Assembly: GCA_048772705.1 (NCBI GenBank)
Contig: JBLWGC010000047.1
Location: forward strand, 124,001 to 188,000
DNA length: 64,000 bases
Source of the DNA: Leidyana gryllorum EB-2025a
Lineage: Eukaryota; Protista; Apicomplexa
Direction of reading: 5' to 3'
The translations under genes were made by a program, and so were the position numbers. The stretch's first letter is position 1. The number at the start of each line of letters is the position of its first letter. This document shows positions 24,002 through 35,487 of the stretch, in pieces. The notes beneath the pieces were generated by a model. That model saw only the letters and a program-made list of their open reading frames with translations. It ran no database searches and was not told the origin of the DNA.

Positions 24002-24651
24002 GAAGGAGAAGAGGAGGAGAAGGGCGATGCTGATGATGATGCTGACTTTGGTAGTGCGACTATGTGAAGGAGGACAAAATAAACGGATGCTGCGTTCCGC
24101 CCATTCGTCGGGCCCACAATGACCACAAGACATTCATTTGACTCTCAACAAGGAACAATAAGCGCGCACGAATTTCGAGGAGGAGTTCACCACAGCGTAT
24201 ATAGACGACAAATTTGTGTGTGGAATAACGTGTGTCAGTAACCAATAGATTATCAAACAATGTTCGAGCAGCGCCGACAGAGAACGCTTGCAGATCTTGG
24301 GCTGCGCTCCATTGATATTCACCTCGGCGCGAGCAACTGTTTGTGTGCGTGTGTGTGCGAGTTGGCGGTTCGGGTGGAGTGTTTACTTGTCGCTCGCACA
24401 CACGAGACGTGGGGACAGTGACCGCTCGCTAGCTATAGCGCGCACACATCTGATCCCTTTCCAGCCGGCCAGTCAGCCCTTCACGTGCGCACAGCAGGCC
24501 TTGGTGTGCGGGTGCGTAAATGTGTGTATAGAAGAACGAGCAGGCAGGCTGTGGTGCAGTGTGTGTGTGAATGAATCTGTGTGTTCAAAGCGGATGGCAT
24601 CACGCGGCGGCCGGACAATTAGCGCGCGCGGCCCGCGAAAAATCATCATCA

Positions 24652-25500
24652 TCATCTCATTGTATAGCAACGAAAAACCGAGCAGGTTGGTGGGGGTGTA
24701 GTAGATTCATCGAATGCGATTATATTCGGTGGTGTCGATTGCTCGGTGGAATCTGTGGTTTGTGAAGCTGAGCGTTGTGCCTTGCTGTCAACTGTGAGTG
24801 GGATAGCAACGGGCGACGGGGAAGGAGCGAGTGGTTCTCCGTTGTTGATCCGCTTTTCGAGGAGAGCTGCGATCTTAGTGACCAAAAGGTCGATTGCAAT
24901 GGTGTTTCCGCCACCACCCGGAAGAATAATGTCAGCATAACGCTTGCAGGGTTCTACAAACCTCTCGTGCATTGGTTTGACTGTGGTAAGGTATTGCTCG
25001 ACGACTTGGTTAACTGTTCGACCTCGCTCATCGACATCTCGCAAAAGGCGGCGCAGAAAGCGCACATCGGCATCGGTATCGACGTAAACTTTAATGTCGA
25101 TAAAGTTTCGGACTCGCTCGTCGGTAAGCAAAAGGATACCATCGAGTAAAAGCACGTCCTTGGGTTCCAAGCGCAATGTCTCGGCTTTGCGACCGTGCGC
25201 GGCGAAGTCGTATAATGGCATCTCCACGGTTTCACCGCGGCAGAGAGCCTCGAGGTGCGAGATAAGTAGATCATTTTCCAAACTATCGGGGTGATCATAA
25301 TTCAATTTTCGACGGTCTTCGATATCCAACTCGGGATGATCCTTATAATAAGAATCGTGGAAGATGAACCCCACACTGCGACCCTTCATCTGTGCCATGA
25401 TCTTATTCAGCACAGTGGTCTTCCCACTCCCACTTCCACCACTCAGAGCCACGAACACGGGCCGCCGTGTCGCGCTCGGCGGGGAAGTGTCGTTCTCCAT
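24652..25500 (-). CDS. udk: Uridine/cytidine kinase, apparently intronless
   Basis: P-loop SGGSGSGKTT, DSYYK, NYDHPDS, KVYVDTDADVRFLRRLLRDVDERGR, VKPMHERFVEP.KRYADII. Confidence 0.95.
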   Translation of the reverse strand: MENDTSPPSATRRPVFVALSGGSGSGKTTVLNKIMAQMKGRSVGFIFHDSYYKDHPELDIEDRRKLNYDHPDSLENDLLISHLEALCRGETVEMPLYDFAAHGRKAETLRLEPKDVLLLDGILLLTDERVRNFIDIKVYVDTDADVRFLRRLLRDVDERGRTVNQVVEQYLTTVKPMHERFVEPCKRYADIILPGGGGNTIAIDLLVTKIAALLEKRINNGEPLAPSPSPVAIPLTVDSKAQRSASQTTDSTEQSTPPNIIAFDESTTPPPTCSVFRCYTMR

Positions 25501-25855
25501 TCCAACCGAAAAATTAGCCGCAGATTTCTAATTTTTCCATTGCCCTTCGGCGACGAAACTCCCCATCTCCGCCGCTCGTGGAGAAAGCTGCTTTCTCCAC
25601 CTCCCGGCTTTGACGTAAAAACTCATCCAAATCAGGACGAGCAGTATGACGCCCCTTAGTAATCAAAGGAGCCTTGCACTTTGTTCGATCACTGGGTACT
25701 TCACTCGCAACCTCTACCGCCGAAATTATAGGCTCCCAAGGCCACCTCAGAAACCTGAAAACACCGTCCAAAACATCCACAAAAGTCCTTCCACAAACTG
25801 CACTTTCACCAAACTCCTGCTTCATCATAACGTGCTTATCACACATTTAGCCACC

Positions 25856-27192
25856 ATGTTAATTCAAGCCGCCCTGGACCTCGTCGCTAGCGCATTCACA
25901 GCCTCTCTCACCCATCTTCGCGTGCACGATGATGGTGAAGAAGAACCACCACAAGCCTGTCCATATCCAGTTGGATTCAGCTTCGCTCCAGCAGGCCTCC
26001 TGATGCCATATCATTTGGGCGTCCTCGAGTACCTCAAATTCGCAGGCATCTTAACACCCGAAACGCCAATAGCGGGATCTTCAGCAGGTGCTTTGGCAGT
26101 CGCTTGTGCCACAGTTGATTATCCCATCGAAGACACAATGGAAGCAATATACAAGCTGGAAGACTCGATTAGGTAACCTGTCCCTACCCATTATTCTCAC
26201 CGATCGAACGTGTGTGTTCACAAATCACAGACTGACCGGGGCGCGTGCGCGGCTCAAGGAACCTCTAGTGGACGCCTTGGAGGCTTTGCTCCCTGTTGAC
26301 GCCCATGAAATCTTCAATGCGAGACCGGCGGGAGCTTACGTCACTTTCAGTTCCTTGACTTCCAAGAAGAACATGGTGCGCTACTTTACCAGTCGTGAAG
26401 ACCTGTTAGAGTGTGTGCTCGCAAGCTGCAATATTCCCTTCTATCTCAGCTCGTCAGGTTACATCGAATGCAGAGGTGAGCAGATAGGTGCACTCTCCTT
26501 AATGTTGGCTCGCGTTCGCGGCACATATACGCGTGAAACCCTGTACAGTCGGCACACCTCAACCCCGCTGCTGACCCACGACACCATTCTTGGAGAGTGT
26601 TTCGTTGCCCACCCACCCAATTATACCTTCGCTCGCTATCTTTTGACTCGCTTCGTTTTGTTCAGGTATGAAGGCAATGGACGGCTTCTTTGCTGACATG
26701 ATGAACTTTGGATGTCCAAAGATCCCGGGAGTAGAGCGTCAGGTTCGAGTGTTGCCCTTTCCAGCTCGTCAGGTGGCGTATCGTCTCAGTCCGAGAGATA
26801 CGATTTCTCCAGATCTAATACTGATGGAAGACTTAATTCTCGAGAAGCACAAGAGGTGGTTTGAGGAAGTCTACTTGACTGCCTATCCAGCACACCGACG
26901 GTCCTCTGAGCCTCCCATAGCAATAAATCCAGACACTTTTGACATTTGGTTGCGGCTGCGCTATGCGTTGAACGCGGCCCCTGACGACGACACCATCCTC
27001 CACTTTTTCGACGCAGGAAGGCGGGACGCTTTTCGGTGGTTGATGTGCAACCAGGGCACTTTTCGACCACCTTTTCACCAAGGGGACTGCGTCAAGCTGT
27101 ATCCGCTGCTGGGACAGACAGCTTGTTGTCCAGTAGGACGGTTCGAAGACACCTGCGAGCGATGTCGTTGCGGTGTTAGACAGCCCGACTGA
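25856..27192 (+). CDS. Patatin-like phospholipase (PNPLA family), multi-exon; 3' end uncertain and may include 27222-27443
   Basis: GFSFAPAGLLMPYHLGV, GSSAG nucleophile elbow, ASCNIPFY, catalytic DGFF. Confidence 0.88.
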
Positions 27193-27466
27193 ACGAGGAG
27201 AGAGCATGCACACATATATTTTTGAGCTCCATGTGGAAGGCTTTCCAGGAGGCATGTTTTGGATGCTGTTGTCCAACCGCCTACCCGTCAGCCGCTCGGC
27301 GAGATGAATGGCGAGAGTATATGGCTCGGGAGTGGATGAGTGGGAATTCGCGCACTGACCTCGAAGCGCCACTCGTTCCGGGGCCGCCGGACGACATGGA
27401 GACGAACTGCGGTGACGAGAGCCAAGAAGAGCAGCCTGCTTGAGGCACAGCCAAGGCGGAATGGCG

Positions 27467-27492
27467 TGAATGAATGAATGAATGAACGAATG
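27467..27492. repeat. (TGAA)n microsatellite
   Basis: gtgaatgaatgaatgaatgaacgaatg. Confidence 0.8.
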
Positions 27493-27968
27493 TTTGGCAG
27501 TGATCAGTGGGGCAGACAGGCGTTGAGGCAGGCGGCTCCATATTGTTTACTGCTCTCAGTCGTTGACTACTCTCACTCTTCGTCTGGTGCCTCGTATTGT
27601 TGCCCCCTGCCATCATTGCTGCAAGTATTGAACATAGATTAGAGCGAGATTTGCAGAAGGAGAACCGCCCCGGGTTGTTTGTGTGGCAGCTTCGTGTTGT
27701 CGCCCATCCAAAGGGTGTTATGATATAGAGAGTAGAGAAGTTGCCCCTAATTTTCAGTCATGTGGACCTTTTTGTATTGAGAGGACTGACTACTTATCGC
27801 GTTGTGGGCATTGTCTGCCGCTCTGAATTGTGACCGATCTCTCTTCTCTGTCTGTGTGTGGGCACAAAATTGATTGTCTTATTGAAGAGGTGTTTGAAGG
27901 TAATTTTTGTATTCGCAAATGGGTAGCAACGGCGTGATGTTGGCTAGCTATGGTTCACAGAAATTTCA

Positions 27969-29735
27969 CTATGACAGGGGGGTTTCACCACCGCCTCCCC
28001 CAGTGGCAGGTCTGGTTGGGAACTCTCTGGGTAGAGATAGGAGATGATCGATGAGAGCAACAGAGCGTGGGGACCAGCCTGGGAATCTTCGTTGTCCTGC
28101 CGTAGCTTGTATTTGCAGCGAGTCGGTTTTGCAGGCTTGGTATAGAGTGTTGAGATCGCGCCATAAAGGAAATACTTCTTCCATGAGGTCCAGTCGGAAA
28201 GTTGTTTTGACGAAGACTTGGGCGAATTCGTGTCGGTAGAAGGCGGGGTGTGTAGCCATAAAGATGTCGAGCATAATGGTGGCGATGAGTCTGGACATTT
28301 CTAGCACAGGATAAGTCATGTTGATAAAGCAGAAGACGGAGACACAGAGTAGAAGATCTACCATAGTCTCTGCGAGCGGTATGAGTCCCGAGTGTGGAGT
28401 GTCTTCAGCAATTGGGCTGATGATATACTCGAGCATACTGCCGACGAGGTTATGGTTACTGAGGCGGATCCCCACATCCCATATTGACATTCGCATACCG
28501 GTCATTGTTTCAAATTTGGGAGCGAAACGATCGATTGCGGCGAGATATATCATTATCCAATCAACGGGTGTTTTGTGCATTAAGCTGCCGCCTTTGAGAT
28601 ATGACACAATGTACATTTGAGAGATGACGAGGTCACGCACGTTATTCACGTGTGGTACCTGGTTGACAAACCATCGCGCTTTGGTCATCTGTTTGTAGTC
28701 ACATTCACTGCAGACGCCGATCAGTACACAACTGGTACTGATACGCGGGATGTACTCGGCTTTAGGCATTATTCCACTGGCCATCGCCACATCAAAGGCG
28801 TGGACAGCTGTGAAGAAGGAACTTATGGGCCATCCCATGGTCTCTATGACCCGAGCCATCCAGTATATAATAGATTCACGACTCTGGGGAGCCGACTCAA
28901 TCGTCGTACTCTTTGCCTCCCGGAACTCATACAAAGCCGCAGCTATCGGTTGGCACGGCAGCACACGTCGCACAGAATTGCTGCGGCTCGTGCAAGTAGT
29001 ACGAGCGGTATGTAGATTTTCTCCACCACAACTCGGACAGTAATCCTCGTCATCCACAGGAGCAGTACAGTAATAAGACTCACCACCTTTCATGGAAGGA
29101 GACGACGGAGTGCTGCCACGGCATTTGCAGATCCTCGAACGGCCCAAAAACTGTCGCGATAGTCTTCTCATACCCAAACGATATTGTTGATCAATTGCAG
29201 ATGATGCCGCTGCCGACGCAGCGTCGCGTGATGCTGTGAGCTCATAGTTCTTCACCGCTCGTAACATTTTCAGTGGCACCACAGTCGCTGCCTCCGCTGC
29301 CAACAACGCGTCATACACACTTGGGTCACTGACCGCCTGTGTCCAACTCTGTGACAGCTCGCGCAGCTTCAGAGCCGCTGCCCGAGTTGGGCTCAGCCAT
29401 CCCCATAGGACAGGGATATACTGCCTCAGAGTTCGTGGCTGATATCGAACGCGATCATCCACGTTTCCTCCCGGGAGATCAGACTGGCTACGATGGAACT
29501 GAGCGGGATACGATCCTCGATATTGTTGTTGTTGTTGTTGTTGATGTTGTCGAGCAGAAGGAAATGGGGAGTCCAGTAGAATCGGACCGGCAGTCCTTTG
29601 ATGCATTAGTCGGCGGCTGGTCAGACTGCCCGCCGGCGGATTCGATGATCGCAACGGCAGGTGCGAGATCGGCTGCTGGTGACCATGGGGGTGGTCTGAC
29701 CAAATAGACTTGTGGCACGGAACTGGACCATACAT
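27969..29735 (-). CDS. Divergent cyclin-domain protein with an N-terminal F-box-like segment, intronless
   Basis: Cyclin box-like RESIIYWMARVIETMGW..SSFFTAVHAFD...RISTSCVLIGVCSE..LVISQMYIVSYL..TPVDWI. F-box-like YIPVLWGWLSP....LKLRELSQSWTQAVSDP. First ATG at 29735. Confidence 0.7.
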   Translation of the reverse strand: MYGPVPCHKSIWSDHPHGHQQPISHLPLRSSNPPAGSLTSRRLMHQRTAGPILLDSPFPSARQHQQQQQQQYRGSYPAQFHRSQSDLPGGNVDDRVRYQPRTLRQYIPVLWGWLSPTRAAALKLRELSQSWTQAVSDPSVYDALLAAEAATVVPLKMLRAVKNYELTASRDAASAAASSAIDQQYRLGMRRLSRQFLGRSRICKCRGSTPSSPSMKGGESYYCTAPVDDEDYCPSCGGENLHTARTTCTSRSNSVRRVLPCQPIAAALYEFREAKSTTIESAPQSRESIIYWMARVIETMGWPISSFFTAVHAFDVAMASGIMPKAEYIPRISTSCVLIGVCSECDYKQMTKARWFVNQVPHVNNVRDLVISQMYIVSYLKGGSLMHKTPVDWIMIYLAAIDRFAPKFETMTGMRMSIWDVGIRLSNHNLVGSMLEYIISPIAEDTPHSGLIPLAETMVDLLLCVSVFCFINMTYPVLEMSRLIATIMLDIFMATHPAFYRHEFAQVFVKTTFRLDLMEEVFPLWRDLNTLYQACKTDSLQIQATAGQRRFPGWSPRSVALIDHLLSLPREFPTRPATGGGGGETPLS

Positions 29736-30077
29736 CGTTGATACAAAGGGCAACAAGATAGGAGGAGAAAATCCGACTCGCAATCCACGCTCACAGCTCT
29801 GGGGACGTAGTTCGTACTCCGCAGCGTCAAGATGTACAAAGGGGAGGAAGTCAACCAACGGGTGCCGCGTGTTCTGTGTGTGTATATATCTTAATTCTAA
29901 CTAACTAGAATATGAGCACAGTCGCAAAGACAAATGGCACATAAAGAGACAATTCACCCCGTGTCTCCTTTGCCAACACTCCAATTTGTTGCCAGCTCAC
30001 ACGTCCCCCAACACCTTGGCACCTCCTCAATCCCCATAACTTCCCAAGATGGACTTTGTGCTATTTTTAGCCCAAAA

Positions 30078-33076
30078 TGAACCCTGCGCTACTCGAACTC
30101 GACTATGGCAACGATGACCTCGAGCTCCCACCCTCAGTCGCCGACACAGTAAGCCTCTGACATCTCAAAACACCACACACACCCTAAACACACACACGGC
30201 CCTGCAATATCCTCACGCATACACACTCACACCCCCTCAGGTTCTCGATCTTTCCAACAGTGGTCTTCATGTGTCCACAACTTTCAAGCCCGACCCTCAC
30301 TGGGGGAGCATCAGCTCCCCCATCAATGCTGATAGTGACTCTGACGACGACGAAGAGGACCCCGAACCAACAACACAAGGGGATCACCTTGGACAGACTC
30401 AAGTCCCGGGATCGACCCCCACTGCTGCTCACAGTATGCAGCCTTTGAGTATGATGGCCGAGCCTTCTCTATCACCTGAAGCATTGTACGAAAACAGCTC
30501 AAGCTCTAGCTTACTGTTCGATCCGCCACTATCAACCCGGCCGCCTGCCTCCCAGGCCATACTGCCCGCCCTGACCCCACAATTCCCGCTTCGACCGGGT
30601 GTCTCGTCACCTCTTTTATGTGTGAGTGATGCAGCAGCACCACTGGCAGTAGTTGATGCTCCGAGTCCTACTACAATCGACCCCCATAACGATATATTGC
30701 AAGCCGATTCCCTTTCCGCACCGGAAGCGGAAATTGTGGATATATCCTCAGAGGAGGAGGATGGAGAGGCAGCAGATCGTGGAGCTCTGTTGCGGCCCCT
30801 CCCGCGTCCCCTAATGGCTCGGCGGAGTGGCGGGAAGTCGTTTGCGTCAACCCGCTGGCAGGTCGCTCGGGCTGTTGCCGAGTCGTTGGGGAATGAGCTC
30901 GCGAGCGATGATGGGAATTGGACCGGCGGTGGAGAGGGCGAGGAGACTCGACGGAAGCGTCCACGAGAAGAGCGGGAGCGCGAGCGAGACGTCATATTGT
31001 CTGATGAATGGCTGGCCAAGCTGGTGTCTGCCATGGAGAAGCGGTTTGTGGTGCAGCCGCGGTCGGGCGAGGGTCCGCCTCCTCCAGCAGCGGATGGTGA
31101 GAGTGGGGAAGCGAGCGACAATGAACCTCCCCCTTCTGTTCGAGTGCCGCCACAACCACCCGACCTGTCGTCTCGGATCCCGAAGAAGAAGAAACCACGG
31201 GGCGGTTCGGGAATGGACAATGCGGAGCTCCGTGGAGGAGCAACGAATACTCTGGTGGGCATCGCTCCCCCTTCGTCTCCAAGTGTGACCAATTCAACGA
31301 CTCACACGACTAATAATTCACCTAATCCTCTGATGGCCGGTGAAGAGAGGGCTCCTTCTTCACCGGCATCGTCACAACCCGTATCTCCCGGTCTCAACAA
31401 GTCAAAAAGCACCTCTCCCACGGTCGGTTCGGGACGCACATTGGACGAGTGGGCAGGGCGTGGCAAGATGAGAGGACAAGGCAAAGGGGCTGGGAAGTTC
31501 ATGGGCCGTGGAAAGTGCCTTCCGTCTCCCTCACTGGCGGACGACGGCTCCTCTTCCTCGTCCGGCTCCTCTTCTGCGTCGTGCTCATCTTCGTCGTCGT
31601 CAGCGTCCTCAGACCTCAACAACGATCCCTCGGTTGAGAGCACAGACCTCGGAACTCGTACTACAACCACCACCACCACCAGGCGGCGACCAAAACCAAA
31701 GACCAATGCCCTGGTGGTCCGCAAAGGGCTACGGAGTGGTGGGGCGCGGGAAAACGGCGGCAAGTCTCTACTGATAGCCGCGTCGGCGGCTCCTTCGCCA
31801 TCAGCGGCAACGCGGTTCCTGAGAAACTCATCGTCTCCGTCCTCAGTGTCGCGTTCGCCGTCCCCAGCGCTCGGGCCGCGTTTGCCCGCGGCCTCTATAG
31901 AACTAGCGTCATTTCACCATATACCGATCCACGAGCTGAGCGAACGAGACTCCAAGTATGTGATAGATGGCTATCTCTTAACGGCGGAGATCAAATTGTC
32001 GTGGCATCGACGGAAGAGAAAACAGGACAGAGTGTGTCATGGCTACAGTCGTCTGGCTCCCGGGTACCGAATTAGCTGTCCAGTTCTGGAAGAAGCGGAC
32101 CGCGTTCGATATACAGTGAGTGGAGTGGAGTTTTGTTGATCGACTTTCTGCGTAGAATTCACCCACGGGTTGGCGAGCCCAGTGCAACTATCCCGGACAC
32201 AACTCGCATCGCATGGAGGAGTTTTTGCTCAGTAGACGTGATATCGCCATTGAGTACTTCAGTTGGTGGTTCTGTGAAAGGATGGCCCCTCAGACCAGAC
32301 TGAAATGGCCAGACGGCGAGGGCATCGTCAGAAGGTACCATGTATTGATACCCTGAATCCATGTGAGAGTACTTGAAAAAATAATGTATTCCACCCCTCT
32401 GCGCCGCTCCCACCCGGTACTTCCCCTCGCCTTCTTCGCGGTCAAGAAAGTCGAAGACGACGAAGATGACGAACAACTCACCACCACCGTAGACTTGTCA
32501 GCAGCAGCCGCGCCCCCCTTAGAGAGCAGTCACCAACAACGCTCTTCCCTAGGAGGTGTCCAGACCCTCGGCACCACACAATGGTCAGTCACCGATCTCA
32601 CCGACTGGCAGACTAGCTGGGGCCCTGGACAACGACTCGCCGCCAAGTCCAGAAATATCACTTCTATATTCAATCGATCATCCCTACGACCCCAAGGAGG
32701 ATTCCTAGAGGCTTTGAGAACACTCAGACGCGTCTCGAAGCCACTACGCACCCAAAGGTTACGGGATGTCCGCAAGGCAGGAAGCGCCCTCGGAGCTCTT
32801 CAAGATGCAGCAGGGGATCCCTATCCACCCCGAAACCTCACCCCCATAGATACCACATCTACTGCTGGTTTCCAACTCATTGATGAGATCAGATTCTTTT
32901 TCAGCGTCTGTATCTCCGCTTATCCCCCTCAACATGTATCCAAACACTACGGCATCAAGCTACAGGTAAAGATTGCACTCAACATCCACTCCAACAGACT
33001 GTCCTCCATACCATATTGCTCACGTCACGATGCCAAAAGCGCTTCTCCTCCGAGCAAATTGTACATAAAGTTGTGA
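30078..33076 (+). CDS. Large low-complexity (S/P/G/R-rich) hypothetical protein; boundaries uncertain
   Basis: 622-aa ORF 30271-32139 with NLS-like RRKRPRE/PKKKKPR. Probable upstream exon from 30078 and downstream exons (32156-~32335; 32363-33076). Confidence 0.5.
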
Positions 33077-33144
33077 ATCAAATGTACCAAAATGTGGAGT
33101 GAATGTGGATGGGATGGGATGCTTCTGTATGTGAGAGACGTGGT

Positions 33145-33212
33145 GTTTGTGTGTGCGTGTTCTGAGTGTGTGTTTGTGTGTGCGTGTTCTGAGTGTGTGT
33201 GTTTGTGTGTGT
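33145..33212. repeat. GT-rich tandem repeat (unit ~gtgtgtgcgtgttctgagtgtgtgttt, about 2 copies) upstream of the lipase
   Basis: Direct duplication visible in the sequence. Confidence 0.75.
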
Positions 33213-33289
33213 AACGACGTTCGCGCGAGAGCTTCTTTGCAGTGCTTTGCTTTGTTATATAGTCACGGTTCCCCTGTTAGGCTCGCACG

Positions 33290-35195
33290 ATGCCCGAAAC
33301 AGTCCGAGAATTCCTCACTGGCAAGCCTAGCGGAAGCAATGACGAGGCGGTCATCGTAGACTATCTTGATAAGGCTGACGTTCATCGTCCAGCGTACTGC
33401 TTGGCGGTAGATAACATACGCCAGCTGATCCTTTTGGTCATCCGCGGTTCGGCCCAATTCAGCGATGTGGCGACCGACGTGCAGTGCGAGGTTGTCACGG
33501 AGACGCGAACGCACGACGGAATGGGCCGTGCGGCTGCTTGGTTTGACGATCACCTCTGTCCGACTGTAACCTTTCTCGCAAATCTATACCCTACCTACCC
33601 GATCCGACTCATTGGACACTCATTGGGCGGAGGAGTGGCAAGTTTGCTAACAATGCGATGGCTTCACAAGACTGCTATAGCTGGGCCGCCCCCGAATCGA
33701 CCACGTCTCAAAGCTTATAGTTACGGAGCGCCCGCAATATGTACACCTGATTTGGCAGCGACCTTTCGAAGCCACATCACCAGCGTGTCGTGTGGTCGTG
33801 ATATAATTGCCCGTTTAAGTTATGGCTCTGTAGTCAACATGACTAACATGTTGTTGTCCATGTGCCAAATCCTAAAGTATGGCGCGGCTGGTGATACTGT
33901 ACCCACCATTAAGGAGGCGCTCCATCGAAAAGAGCGTACCCAAGGATTATTCACTGCGTTCACTCATGCCAAAGACTATGTGGAACAAGCCTTTCATGAG
34001 CAAGCAAGTTTAGTCCAACACACCCATGCCCGTAAGCTCTCGCCGCACCATCGCGCCCGCCACATACGCTCCAGGCATCGCCAATAAATTCACAACTCCC
34101 ACCACTGATGAAGAGTCGGACGACGAAGAAGATGAATGTCGACGACCTGGGGGGCCACGCCTAGAGGCCTTTCCCGAAAATGAATGCGAATCGCCTTCTC
34201 CCTCTTATCGCTCAATGTCGCACGCTCAGTTCGAGAAGACGCCTACTTCTCCTAAACGCAACCTGAGAGATGTCATGGCCCATGGCGTCCAAGGCGTTAA
34301 GGCCAATTTTGCTATGTTCATCAAAAGCAATAGATCTCAAGAAGAATTTCGGTGAGCTCCACGAATCTTTGTAACTCTGTCGGAAGCCGAGCGTTCGTGG
34401 ACGCTGGCTATCCTACACAGGGGGTGAACCGCTTACGATATGACTACGTTTTCTCAGAGCTGCGCTGCAAGAGATTCGAAAAGTAAAAGACCAAACCGAC
34501 AGGACAATCCTATGTCCTGCTGGACAATGGTACCTGTTCGTCCCTGCTGTACATTTTCTGATGGCTGGATTGCCTCCGCCAGTCCATCTACTTCCAGGTA
34601 AGAACACAGCTGTGATTTGAACAATAACACACACTCGTGTGTGTACGCTGTCTGTCTGTCTCCGTGTGGCCGTTCGCCAACCAGCTTTGAGGACATACCG
34701 TTCACTTCAGGCGGCTTTGCGATGTTTAATGCTTCCGAGCGCGTTCTGAGTATTTGCGATGAGATGATTTTTGTTCGGAGGGCTGTCCATGACCACTATC
34801 CGACGTACATAAACTTTGCCTTGGGTAATCCATTAGGTATGACGATGCCGGAGCCTATGGCTGGAGAGATGGAAGGCGCTATAGACTTGGGAGTGGATGT
34901 TCAGGTTCGCCCAGAGTGGCAGTTGCCCCACCTGGGGCTTATGCATCGACATTTGCGAAGCCGACAATTGGCATGGCATATGAACGCAGATCCGCTGCCT
35001 GCCCGGCCTGTTTTATTAACAAGGCACCCCGCGGCGGCCCCCTCTCCCCCTTCTAGTCCTCAACGTTTGGACACACAATCCACTGTGCCCTCCACGCCAC
35101 GTCCAGAAGACAAGGACAGCATCACAACCACCAAGTATTTAGATGCCCGGCAGACTAAGGGTTGTGTCTGCTGGAGTCCTCGCAGACGCCGCTGA
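33290..35195 (+). CDS. Class 3 lipase (DAG-lipase-like), multi-exon
   Basis: LLVIRGS..SDVATD, THDGM, IGHSLGGGVA (GxSxG), YSYGAP, DIIARLS, late HDHYP (catalytic His candidate). Confidence 0.88.
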
Positions 35196-35487
35196 GCAGA
35201 TGCAATGAGTGGAGGTAGAAGCGAAGGAGAGCAATTGATGAAAGCTGGTGAATTACAGATGATAGCTGCCCGATCGTAGAATAGCTCGATCGATTCTTTG
35301 TTAACTGCCCCCTTTGAGAATTTCCTACGTATGTCGAACAAAGCGGGGGCAGTCTGTCTCAATTCAGATTGGGTCCAAAGAGAAGTCGTCTGCTGGAGTT
35401 CGGTCGCGTTGAGAGTCACACATACACACACACGCATACAAGTTTGGCTATAACTAGTCGCGCTCGCTCTGTTCGGCAATCTTTTTT

